From Macrostomum lignano (taxonomy: Eukaryota): 64,000 nt of DNA. The stretch is taken from contig NIVC01001095.1 in NCBI GenBank assembly GCA_002269645.1, positions 186,001 to 250,000 on the forward strand. The letters are read 5' to 3'. The translations under genes and the position numbers were made by a program. The notes below the pieces were generated by a model that saw only the letters and a program-made list of their open reading frames with translations, was not told the DNA's origin and ran no database searches. Shown here in pieces: positions 35,301-44,743 of the stretch (the first letter of the stretch is position 1; each line of letters begins with the position of its first letter).

Positions 35301-38300
35301 GCCGTGGTGCTCCGACCCGACTCGCTCACGGGCCGCCGGCCGAGCCCCGTCGATGTCTGGAAGGGAATTGCGGACTTGGAGGCGGATGTCCGCCAAGCCC
35401 CGCATCACCTGCTGTTCCAGCTGCACGTAAGCCAAAGCGGCCGCGATCCGGTCGACCATGAGTGTCCGCGCAGTCGCGTCTGGCGATGGCGAGTCGCGCG
35501 TGAGGTCGATGACTTCGGGCGAGTGTCGTTGACCCCGAGCGGGGTGTTGAGCTGCATGGCTCTCCAGAACGGGCGAAGGGCTTCGCCTGGGTGCCGATGT
35601 TCGGAGTGGCCTCCCATTCCGCCTCTGGGGCTCGGGAGACGGCGTGCGACGGTGAGGGCGCCGATCAACCTGGCGCGTCGGCCTCGCCGAGCCGTTGCCT
35701 TCAGCCCTGAGTCTCCGGTTAATTGTCTCCAGCGGGCGCCGCGGGATCCCCATGGTCTCTGGCGAGACCGGGGTACCAGGTCGGCGCCGGCTACGGCTAG
35801 GCCGCCCTTGCTCCGCATCGGACGAGGAGCTTGAGCTCACGTGGAGCGGACGCTTGTGCATTTCTGCGCTGCAAGGTTTTAATTTGTGCACACGCATGCG
35901 GGCGGTGCGACTAACGTACGTTTTGGCCCTAGGATCGCTAATCAGAAGCCTCTCCGGCGGCCTCCGATCCCTAACTGGCCTACCTACCACTACTGGTATG
36001 GGAGACGCTTCCACCTGAGTGGTGCAAGGAGGTGGCGCAGGAGACTGCACCGCCGAAAAAGGTTCGGGAAGGGGGACGCATGGACAGGTGAAAAAGAAGC
36101 AGCAGGTGCAGACGCATTCAAACCAGGCACACCATCATGGCGATCACCATACGGCAGTGGCTCACGCCGAAATGCACTTGCCTGGTTCGCTGGTGTCGTG
36201 ACCGGTCCACCTCCTGGCTGCACATCCGGGATCGCCAACGGCCGGAAGCGCCACCGGAAGGCCGGCCATGCGTCATCATCATCATCGTCCTCGTCCGGAT
36301 CGTCCTCCGGAATCGGTGTCAGAGTCGCGGGTCCTGCACCGTCCGGGGCATCAGTCAACCTGCAGCGCTTCTTGGCCTGGTCGACTTCTGGATCCGAAGT
36401 CAGCTGGTAGTCGGCATCAGGGACGAGTAGCAGATTCCGGCGATGGACTACTAGCTCGTCGCGCCTGGCCCGCGGGTTTGGCACTCTACGGCGAATCTTG
36501 TAGACGACCTCGCCCTTGGGTTCGACTACCTCGTACAGCGCTTTGCGAGGTCGATGGAACTTCGCCGCTTCATCCGGTTCGAGCACCGGGTTGTTGAGGA
36601 AAACCAGGTCACCAGGTTGGAGCTTCTTGGCAGCGGGCAGGTTCGAATAGTGCTCGTCGCGCAGTTGCTGATGCAGATGCAGGCGTTCTTTGGCTAGCTC
36701 AGTCGCTTCGTCCAAACGGCGCTGGAAGTCCTTGACATAGTCAGGCAGATTGGCATACTCCGGCAGCTTCTTGATCGCGTTGTCGATTGGTAGTCGAAAG
36801 TCTCGACCAAACACCAGGTAGTGAGGCGTGAAACCTGTCACCGGGTGTACACTAGAGCGGAGCGCCATCAAGCAGGCTGGGAGGAAGGTGTCCCAGTCGT
36901 TATGGTTGCGCTCGAGGAGGCAGGTGAGGACACTCTTCAGCTGCTTGTTGAGGTTCTCGACTTGCCCATTAGAAGCTGGGTTGTACGGTGTTGTCGTCGT
37001 ATGCCGGATGCCAAACAGGTCGCAGAACTTCTTGAAAGCTGAGCCAGTGAAATTGGTTCCTTGATCAGTGTGTATCCAGCATGGTACACCAAAGTCAGGG
37101 ATCAAGCGCTCCTGCAGGATCTTGATGACCGTCTTGGCTTTCTGGTTCCTCATCGGATAGGCGAACGGGTACTTCGACGTCGCGTCGCATAGCGTCAAGA
37201 TGTAGCGGTTCCCGCTCTTGCTCTTCTGGGCGATAGGGCCTACTACATCGCAATGTACTCTTCCCAGGACTTCGCACACAGGGAAGCTCTGTACAGGTAC
37301 TCGGTCTCGTCTTCGGGATTTACTTTCAAGACAGGCGCGGCACTTACTGATAAAGTTCTCGGTGACACGGGCTAGTCCGGGCCTCCAGAATCGTTCACGT
37401 AGCCGCTTCAACGTCTTCGTCTGGCCGAGGTGTCCACACAGTGGCGAACTGTGGAGCTCCTGGAGCACCTGGGCATCTAGAGCTTCGGCAGGACAACCTT
37501 CGGGGCTGCTGGCCATCAGTCAGATCGATCATCAGCAGGCCGTTGTCCTCTCGCAGATTATCATAATATCCGAGCAGATTCCGCTGCTCCTTCGTCAGTC
37601 GCAACCGGGCGTCGAACTCAGGCTTCAGGGCTTTGTTCTCGACCAAGTTGAGCACGTAGCTGATTGCTCGGTCGGCGCGCTGCGCGTCGACAAACTGTTG
37701 CCGCGTCATCGGCATCCTCAGAAAATCAGTGAGCACGGCGCGGCATGGCTGAGGGTTCCGGATTTCCTCAGTCTCCGCTTCTGTGGCTCGCAGTTGATCA
37801 CGCGACTCCGTCTTGTCGGCGTCAGGATTAGGTCGCTCCGAGGGACTTTGTCTCACAACGTCGGCGTACGATCGCTGATCTCGTTTCGAAGTTCTCATCG
37901 TCGCTCTCTTGACAGGAATTTCCGCAGCTGGAGCAGTGCACTTGCCTCCACTGCACAGCCCAGGCGACTCTTGGCTGTAGGGCGAGACGCAACACGTGAA
38001 GCACGCCTCGTCGCAGGCAGCCGTAGCCGTCGGCTCGATCATCGTCGTCATTGGGTGAGTCTTCTCCAGCACTGGGCGGTGTCGCAAAGGGGGACTCGAC
38101 TTTCCGCACAGGCGATGAGCAGCTGTCTGTCGGCTCGGGGGACAGAGCGTTGACCTTGCAGCCGTCGCGAGAGTCTGGCCTCTGTCAACACGGCGAGAAC
38201 TCTCAGCGCAAAACTCCGGGGAGTTGAACTTACATTGCTGGTCTGGATTCGCGTTGTGGGCTGTCATCAGAAGGGCTGCTTGTTCAGTGGCCTCTGAGTC

Positions 38301-41300
38301 GTGGTCCATGGGCGTCTCCAGATTCCGAGACCCGCAGTCTTGGACATCATCAAGGAGGTCTACGTCAGCAGTGGCCTCCGAGGTTTTGTCCGGGCGAATC
38401 TCCAAGTAACGGCAGTCGGCGTGGGCGTCGCTGCGGAGGGCTGAGGTGTCAGTGGCCTCCGGGTTGGTGTCCAAACCGGTCTCCAGGCGTTGACTGCAGC
38501 GATGGTCGTCGTGCTGAAGGACTGCTGGCGCAGTGGCCTCCAGGTCTTCGGCCAGGGCAGTTTCGGCCTCCTTGTTGCGAGTGTGGACCTTCTTCGTGCG
38601 GGCTGCTCTCGCAGTGGCCTCACGTGTGGTGTCCAATTCCGGCTCCAGGCTGGTGTCATCACCGGGTCGGGCTGCAGAACCGGGGTGCTCCAGCAGTCGG
38701 CCATGTTCGAAGTCAACCGGTGGTGTCTCCGGGCGTCTTGACAGGGCGTCAGCGTTGGCGTGGTCCTTGCCTTTGCGATGGTGAAGCTGGAAGCGGAACT
38801 CGCTTAATCGCTCAATCCAACGGCCCAAGATGCCTGTGACCTGCGTCTGGTTCAGCAGCCACAGCAAGGCCCGATGGTCAGAACGAACTTCAAACTTCTT
38901 GCCGATTAAATAATGACGGAAATGTCGCATCGCGTCCACGATTGCAAGCAGCTCTTTCTTCGTGACCGTGTAGCGCTTCTCAGGATCACGAAGCTTCCGG
39001 CTAAAGAATGCAATTGGGCGCTCGACGCCGTCGGATTGCCGTTGTCCAAGACAAGCGCCTATGCGAATGTCTGAGGCATCCGTGTCTAGGACAAACTTCA
39101 CATTAGGATCTGAGTTAAACTCAGGCAGAGCGAGAACTTCAGTCGAACACAACTTCTTCTTCAACGTGTCGAACGCTACCTGGTGCTCATCAGTCCAATG
39201 CTGCCGCAGGCTGCCGATGTCCTTTCGAGTCAGGGCATGTAGCGGCGCAGCAAATCCAGCGTAGCCGTTGACAAACTTGTGGTAGTAATTGGCGAGGCCT
39301 AGGAATTGTCTCAGTTGAGTAACGGACTGTGGCACGGGCCAATCACGGATCTGCGCAATCTTGTCCTCACAGGTCTTCAGGCCGTCGGGAGTCACGACGT
39401 GGCCTAGATAATGCAGCTCCTTGAGGAACAAATGGCACTTCTTCGGCTTGACCTTGAGGTTGGCTGCGATAATCCGCTGGAGTACAGTCCGCAGGTTGTC
39501 CAGCTGCTCCTCGAAGGTCACAGAGTGCACCACGATGTCATCCATGTAGCCAAGCGCAGTCTTTGGCGTCAGGCCGTCCAGGAGCTTATTGATGCAACGC
39601 TGAAAGCTGCCTGGACTATCGTGGAGACCCATCGGTAGAACATTGAAACAGAATTGTCCGCGGTCAATCACAGAGAACGCCGTCAGGTGCTGATCGCAGT
39701 CGCGCAGCGGGATCTGCCAGAATCCTTGAGCGAGATCCAAGCTAGAGTACCACTGGGCACCACGCAGCTTCGCGAAGGTCTCCTGAATGTGCGGCAGCGG
39801 GTACGGGTGGTACACACACTTGTCGTTGAGAGCTCTGAAGTCATGCACCAGCCTGATGTTGCCGTCCTTCTTGGGCACTATCAGCATTGGCGAGTTGTAG
39901 CTAGAATAAGCCGGGCGAATGATGTGCTTCGCCAGCATCTCGTCTAGCAGGGCGTCTAGCTTGTCCTTCAGATGAGGCGGGATCCTGCGCGGTGGTAGCG
40001 CAACTGGTGTCCGATCCTTCAGGATGATCTCGTGGGTCACCAAGTGTGTCAGGCCAGCGTCTAGCAGATGCTTCGAGAAGGCTGCTTGACACTCAACTAG
40101 TAGATCTCGCACTCTCTGTCGTTGATCTTCGGACAGCTCGCTGTTGATCTCGACTTCCTCTAGCCAAGCTGTGCTGGACTCTTCAGGGCTCCTTGGCAAA
40201 TGTCGCACTTCAGGTTCCGGCGTCTCTTCCAGGTACATCAGGTCGGCAGTTCTAAGTGGTGTCGCAACCCAACGCGGATGCCCGACTGCAGGAACACCTC
40301 GCAGTCAGCAGTGTTGACGACCTCGATGTAGCCTCGACCTTCAGGCATCGTCATCAGAGCTGGAGCTGCTTCCAGAGTGTTGCAGCTGGGGTGCAGTCTC
40401 GACTTCACCAGCTCGACGATTGATGGCGATCCTCGGTTCTCGGGGTGGCCGACATCCAACTGGACGGCCAACAGCGCTGAGCTTCTCGGCGGCAGAGTGC
40501 ACTTCTCGGAGGTGTACACCCGGCATGATTGAAGCTCACGGCGCGAATAGCGAACGGGAATGCACGCGCCATTGTTGAACTTTAACATTCCTTGCGCAAA
40601 GTCCAAGTTTGGCAGTGTTCACGCATGAAATTAATACCAAGCAAATTTTCACAATCGGTGACCGTGACCAGGAATTCGGTGTCCGCGACGACATCACCAA
40701 CTCCACCGGGATGATCACCTTACACGCAAGGGGTAGCTGCGTACCGTCGTACATGGTCACGCAATCCGGGATAGCATGCGATATGATACAACGAGGCATC
40801 CGACGTCTAACATTGGCCCAGGTCGACGCTCCAAGAAAGTTTTTCCGACTGCCGCTGTCTAGTAGGAAAGGGACTTCTCGGCCCGCCAATCGGCCGGTGA
40901 CGTACGGATCAGCCTCACGCGCATGGATTTTTTGATCATCGGAGGTGTCCACGAAACCTCCGCACTCAGCCTCACTTACTGATGAGCGACTGTCGGACTG
41001 GGCATTGGCGTCTGCGCAGCCGACATCCTCTTCTTCTGGTGAGCGTTCGGAGTCTGCCAAGTAGCCGGGGCTTGGGCTCTGCGGAGGGCGTTGCCGTGGG
41101 CGCTCTCCGTCTCGCCGTTTCCCTGGTTCTGGCGTAACGGGCACTGTGCATTGCGATGACCAGGCTGACCACAGCCATAGCAGATCATGGCTTTCGCCGG
41201 CGGACTCGTTTTCTGCTGCTGGTCACGCTGCACCAGGTTGTCTAGCAGTCGCTGCTGTTTCTCTAGCAGATCAGTCAGAGCTAGGAGAGCTTGAGCGGTG

Positions 41301-43987
41301 GCGTCGGGCGTCGGGTCACCGTCGCGCTCCCCGTTCAGCATGCGAACCGGGGGTTGAGCAGAGCGCTGCGCCAGTTCCTTGGCGCCTTCCAGACGATGGA
41401 GTTCTCGAATAGCGGCCAGCAGATTGTTCGGGCGGACCCAATAGAGCCGCTCGCGCAGATCTGGTGTCGTCCTGATGCCAGCTAGGAACTGATCAGCCAG
41501 CTCCCGCTCTCGATCCTCAGGGTGCATTCGAGGGTACGCTCGCTCTCCCAAGGTGCGCAGGGCATCAGCGTACTCTTCTGCTGACTCATTCTTGCCTTGC
41601 TGACGGCGCCTCAGCAGCTCTCGATATTCATCCGCGCCACCGTGGCGGGCGAATCTCTCGATCAGTCGCTGCCTGACCTCCTCGTAGCCAGCATAGCGTG
41701 GGAGGTGCATACTGAGCAGAGCCGGGTAAGCGGTTGCCAGATCTAGACTCGCAACGAGGTGCTGCTTCATCTCGATCGGGTCTTCGATACGCTCCATCTC
41801 GCAGCGCTGCTCGAACGCGGCGAGCCAGACGTGGATGTCCTGGCTGGGCGTGTACTTTACAATCTTAACAGATTTGCTTACCGGCCGCTCCATCTGCTGC
41901 TGCAGAGCTGCCATCATCGTTCTCACATCCTGGGGCCTGATGTTCTGGCCGAGGTCGTCCAAACCTGGCAGAAGCTCGTCTGGCGGGTCTTCGGACACTT
42001 CGCTTCTCGCACTTCGCCGCGGCATCTGCTGACCAAGGTCGTTGACCGCTGCTGCTGCGGCAGCCGATGCTGCTGCAGGTCTCGAACTGCTGATGTGCTG
42101 ATCCAGCCGGCTGCTGCACCGGCTCTCTTCTCTCTCGTTAAACATTTCAAATTAGTAGAATAGCCGAATTCTTACTCGAAAGAGCGGTTGTCTTGGGTGT
42201 AGTAGTAGTCGAATCTTGACTTGTCGGATCCCAGATAGTCGTGTCGTTGACTCGTCGAATCCCACCGCTGCCACCAGTGAAGTACAGGTGTCTTGCCTGT
42301 GGTTGTCTAGAGGCCTTCAATAGGAACGCTGCCCCGGTGAAGTACAGTTGCTTGAGCTCCTCTGGGAAGTCTCCGGGTTGATCTAGTAGCGTTGGTAGTG
42401 CTGCCACCAGCTTCGCAGAGTCGCAGCCTTCGTGAGGTGCTGAGCTCGTAGAAGCAAATAACTAAGACGAGAGAAAGAGACTCGCACTTCGTGCAGATTT
42501 AGCAGTTCTCGCGCAGAGGTGCCCACCGTCAGCAGTCCCTGCCGGGCTGGTGCGGGGTGAGAGCGAAAGTGCTAGCTTCGGGCGATCTGAGCTGGCCTGC
42601 TAGCTGATAGCAGGAACAATCAGAGCCAGAGGCAGTCACGCGCAAAGTCGGGAGTCTTGGAGTTCAACTTAAGCGTCAACTTGGCACACAACTTAGAGTT
42701 CGCTAGAAACGAAACGGAAGGAACGCTAGGAAAGCTTGGAAAGCTAGGAACGCGAGGAACGGTAGGAACGCTGAAAACGCAGAAACGAGAGGCTGAAACG
42801 GAAGGGCCGGTTAACGGAAGGAAAGAAAGGCTTGTCTGAGCCAAGCCAGGAGAGGGGCTGCATTTATAGGGAGGATCGATTGCACCATAGCACGAAAGGC
42901 CCCCGCTGAGAGTCATAAGTGACTCTGTTGCTATTTTTAGCAACAAACAAGCGGGCCCTGCCTCAGAGGAGGCAAGGGGGGGTCCGGGCGCACGTGATCT
43001 CCCCATAAACACGAGCCCAGCGTACAATGATGAAATCATTGCACTTTGGACTAAAGAAGGAAGAGGGCCTTGTCATGTGACTGACTCACATGACAAGGGG
43101 AAAAGGCCCACAAGTGAAGGCACTCGTGACCGTGGGACCGGAAAACAGGAAGGCACTCCAAATTTGGAGATGCCTGACAGAGAACGAAACAGAGGCAGGC
43201 CAGACCAAGCTGTCTGGGCACTGCAAAAAGGGAAAGCGAGACAAAAGGGGCAAACGAGGACAAACAGACAGACAGACAAACGGGCAGAGGACAGGCCAGG
43301 GACAGGCGGGAGGGACAGGCAACTGCCCAGCGGCAGACAGAAACCTGGGGAGAAGGCGAGGGCAACAGCTGACTAGTGCGGCGCCTAACTAAACTAGCGA
43401 CTCACTACACTTACTACTGTTGACTTACTTCCCAGATCGACGATGCCGTCTCTCGGGCAAGGAAGGCGCACTCCATTCCTAAAGATTACCGAAATCGAGA
43501 TCCTATTTTCTCGTTTTTATGCTCGCGACTGGGAATGAGAAATAACTTAAGAAATCGTATGACTATGTGGAATTGGCTTCGGAAAGCCACATCTACATGT
43601 AGTACCCGATGTTCGCCCGGACAACCTCCTCATGAAGATGAGTCTTGTTTCCAACAGAACAGCAATTCTTTTAGACCTCATAGCTCCACTGAATATCAGC
43701 CAACCAGTGGCCATGCTGAAGCCCAGCCAGCAGCTGGCCAGGCGACCAACAATGAGAGAGCCGGAAGTCCTGAAGGGACTCCTGAAGGGACTCCTGAAGG
43801 GACTCCTGAAGGGACTCTTGAAGGGACTCCTGAAGGGCAACTTGTTATGGACTGCTCCTCAAGGAATGAAGTGACAGCGACAGTGACAATATCGATTAAC
43901 GCTATAAGGAAGATTAATTTACGAATCAATAATTCCAAGTATGTTTTTTCGAAGCCAGCACTAAATGAAGCTCTCTGCAAATCATAA
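32393..43987 (+). CDS. Predicted 3-exon gene for a ~242-aa secreted protein inside the foldback element (32393-32464, 32871-32975, 43436-43987)
   Basis: Exon 1 encodes MRLSICILALFLVTISMSFPTKEE (signal-peptide-like) followed by GTAAGC. Exon 2 (cacAG..GTAAGT, 105 nt) is open only in frame 0. Exon 3 follows tgacttacttcccAG in phase 0 and runs into ORF 43535..43987. AATAAA at 44004. No recognised homology. Confidence 0.62.
33222..34352 (-). repeat. 3' LTR (1131 bp)
   Basis: Near-identical to 42278-43409; TATAAA on the minus strand at 33806-33811; preceded by PPT GAACGGGGAGAG. Confidence 0.97.
34755..36050 (-). CDS. Post-integrase ORF (431 aa), probably a frameshifted C-terminal extension of Pol
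   Basis: Overlaps the end of the integrase ORF and begins with RPVRDRRPPERL, a typical Gypsy integrase tail motif. No signal peptide or TM segment. Confidence 0.65.
   Translation of the reverse strand: MQSPAPPPCTTQVEASPIPVVVGRPVRDRRPPERLLISDPRAKTYVSRTARMRVHKLKPCSAEMHKRPLHVSSSSSSDAEQGRPSRSRRRPGTPVSPETMGIPRRPLETINRRLRAEGNGSARPTRQVDRRPHRRTPSPEPQRRNGRPLRTSAPRRSPSPVLESHAAQHPARGQRHSPEVIDLTRDSPSPDATARTLMVDRIAAALAYVQLEQQVMRGLADIRLQVRNSLPDIDGARPAARERVGSEHHGRPGGTDERGGDLDDARHPDAAPSPMSWTDDTQGAAACSSAVWTDLAASLRRTLPRAPPPSPERPAETLDTGTQTESPIPEYRATVIAAGANLISAVLVRAARQGGEIVDLGGPIWAELRQTTAEERSRLFAEAVGLAGPDLERPNRPYALHLAAVRVARFMGGGEEDLPMLLMTPRLCYFD
35990..37516 (-). CDS. Integrase portion of Pol
   Basis: HHCC (HSSPLCGH..CRAC); DDE (VHCDVVGP, HTDQGTNF, NGQVENLN). 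Confidence 0.95.
   Translation of the reverse strand: MASSPEGCPAEALDAQVLQELHSSPLCGHLGQTKTLKRLRERFWRPGLARVTENFISKCRACLESKSRRRDRVPVQSFPVCEVLGRVHCDVVGPIAQKSKSGNRYILTLCDATSKYPFAYPMRNQKAKTVIKILQERLIPDFGVPCWIHTDQGTNFTGSAFKKFCDLFGIRHTTTTPYNPASNGQVENLNKQLKSVLTCLLERNHNDWDTFLPACLMALRSSVHPVTGFTPHYLVFGRDFRLPIDNAIKKLPEYANLPDYVKDFQRRLDEATELAKERLHLHQQLRDEHYSNLPAAKKLQPGDLVFLNNPVLEPDEAAKFHRPRKALYEVVEPKGEVVYKIRRRVPNPRARRDELVVHRRNLLLVPDADYQLTSDPEVDQAKKRCRLTDAPDGAGPATLTPIPEDDPDEDDDDDDAWPAFRWRFRPLAIPDVQPGGGPVTTPANQASAFRREPLPYGDRHDGVPGLNASAPAASFSPVHASPFPNLFRRCSLLRHLLAPLRWKRLPYQ
37395..40238 (-). CDS. Reverse transcriptase-RNase H portion of Pol with a long acidic spacer
   Basis: PYPLPHI, LDLAQGFWQI, LPMGL, YMDDIVV, LDTDASD, TKKELLAI, RSDHRAL, NADALSR. 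Confidence 0.95.
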   Translation of the reverse strand: MYLEETPEPEVRHLPRSPEESSTAWLEEVEINSELSEDQRQRVRDLLVECQAAFSKHLLDAGLTHLVTHEIILKDRTPVALPPRRIPPHLKDKLDALLDEMLAKHIIRPAYSSYNSPMLIVPKKDGNIRLVHDFRALNDKCVYHPYPLPHIQETFAKLRGAQWYSSLDLAQGFWQIPLRDCDQHLTAFSVIDRGQFCFNVLPMGLHDSPGSFQRCINKLLDGLTPKTALGYMDDIVVHSVTFEEQLDNLRTVLQRIIAANLKVKPKKCHLFLKELHYLGHVVTPDGLKTCEDKIAQIRDWPVPQSVTQLRQFLGLANYYHKFVNGYAGFAAPLHALTRKDIGSLRQHWTDEHQVAFDTLKKKLCSTEVLALPEFNSDPNVKFVLDTDASDIRIGACLGQRQSDGVERPIAFFSRKLRDPEKRYTVTKKELLAIVDAMRHFRHYLIGKKFEVRSDHRALLWLLNQTQVTGILGRWIERLSEFRFQLHHRKGKDHANADALSRRPETPPVDFEHGRLLEHPGSAARPGDDTSLEPELDTTREATARAARTKKVHTRNKEAETALAEDLEATAPAVLQHDDHRCSQRLETGLDTNPEATDTSALRSDAHADCRYLEIRPDKTSEATADVDLLDDVQDCGSRNLETPMDHDSEATEQAALLMTAHNANPDQQCKFNSPEFCAESSRRVDRGQTLATAARSTLCPPSRQTAAHRLCGKSSPPLRHRPVLEKTHPMTTMIEPTATAACDEACFTCCVSPYSQESPGLCSGGKCTAPAAEIPVKRATMRTSKRDQRSYADVVRQSPSERPNPDADKTESRDQLRATEAETEEIRNPQPCRAVLTDFLRMPMTRQQFVDAQRADRAISYVLNLVENKALKPEFDARLRLTKEQRNLLGYYDNLREDNGLLMIDLTDGQQPRRLSCRSSRCPGAPGAPQFATVWTPRPDEDVEAAT
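40238..41144 (-). CDS. Aspartic protease and linker of Pol, split by frame breaks (ORFs 40536..41144 and 40238..40606)
   Basis: VPFLLDSGS catalytic motif; ENLLGINFM flap-like motif in the intervening frame. Confidence 0.85.
40976..42145 (-). CDS. Gag (389 aa) with CCHC zinc knuckle
   Basis: CYGCGQPGHRNAQC; retrotransposon capsid-like region (RRQQGKNESAEEYADALR). Confidence 0.92.
   Translation of the reverse strand: MFNEREESRCSSRLDQHISSSRPAAASAAAAAAVNDLGQQMPRRSARSEVSEDPPDELLPGLDDLGQNIRPQDVRTMMAALQQQMERPVSKSVKIVKYTPSQDIHVWLAAFEQRCEMERIEDPIEMKQHLVASLDLATAYPALLSMHLPRYAGYEEVRQRLIERFARHGGADEYRELLRRRQQGKNESAEEYADALRTLGERAYPRMHPEDRERELADQFLAGIRTTPDLRERLYWVRPNNLLAAIRELHRLEGAKELAQRSAQPPVRMLNGERDGDPTPDATAQALLALTDLLEKQQRLLDNLVQRDQQQKTSPPAKAMICYGCGQPGHRNAQCPLRQNQGNGETESAHGNALRRAQAPATWQTPNAHQKKRMSAAQTPMPSPTVAHQ
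42255..42276 (-). other. Primer-binding site complementary to the 3' end of tRNA-Leu
   Basis: The plus strand reads tcgaatcccaccgctgccacca, the conserved 3' end of metazoan tRNA-Leu(AAG/TAG) plus CCA, 1 nt from the 5' LTR. Confidence 0.9.
42278..43409 (-). repeat. 5' LTR (1132 bp)
   Basis: The only difference from the 3' LTR seen by eye is a 1-bp indel (ggcacacaac vs ggcacaaac). Confidence 0.97.
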
Positions 43988-44184
43988 AATGCTGACTGTG
44001 TTGAATAAAGACAGGGACAATGCAGTTATCGCGGATCAAGTCGGACGTGATATTTATGGGGTGTTTTATGTTTCGTTGCACGAAATGTTTTGATGCTTAT
44101 TTTCTGTAGTTTGATTCTCAGTTGCTGACGGGATTACCCCATCCTGAGTCGATAACATTAATTCTGTTCGATTTTACTAATGTG

Positions 44185-44743
44185 CACTGTGCACTAATTT
44201 CATGCAGAAAGACCAAAGTGGGACGATGTAGCGGCTTCTCAAAAAACTACTATATACAGTATTCGGTATATTGGGAAACGTCGTAACAACAGTTGCTAGG
44301 GAATATCTCAGCTTGTGAAGCGTCTTTGTGTGTGTCTGAGGTGTCTTTTTAAAGCAGAGACATGCGTAAAACAGCTGTGCAAATTTCATGCAGAAAGATC
44401 AAAGTGGGACGATGTAGCAGCTTCTCAAAAAACTACTATATACAGTATTCGGTATATTGGGAAACGTCGTAACAACAGTTGCTATGGAATATCTCAGCTT
44501 GTGAAGCGTCTTTGTGTGTGTCTGAGGTGTCTTTTTAAAGCAGAGACATGCGTAAAACAGCTGTGCAAATTTCATGCAGAAAGATCAAAGTGGGACGATG
44601 TAGCAGCTTCTCAAAAAACTACTATATACAGTATTCGGTATATTGGGAAACGTCGTAACAACAGTTGCTAGGGAATATCTCAGCTTGTGAAGCGTCTTTG
44701 TGTGTGTCTGAGGTGTCTTTTTAAAGCAGAGACATGCGTAAAA
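44185..44743 (-). repeat. Right TIR 186-bp subrepeat array (3 copies, inverted)
   Basis: Unit ends at 44371, 44557 and 44743; reverse complement of the left array. Confidence 0.95.

Larger units (their letters stand above)
33222..43409 (-). mobile_element. Ty3/Gypsy LTR retrotransposon, 10,188 bp, very recent
   Basis: TG..CA LTRs at 42278-43409 (5') and 33222-34352 (3'); 4-bp TSD CTTA (33218-33221, 43410-43413); PBS, PPT, and gag plus PR-RT-RH-INT order. Confidence 0.97.

Noticed and set aside
34755-36050. env gene
   Set aside because: No signal peptide, furin site followed by fusion peptide, or C-terminal TM anchor.
25828-42163. Numerous antisense and overlapping ORFs across the LINE and Gypsy bodies
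   Set aside because: Expected shadows of GC-rich coding sequence; no motifs.
42255-42276. tRNA-Leu gene
   Set aside because: Only the 3' 22 nt including CCA are present, adjacent to the LTR; this is a PBS.
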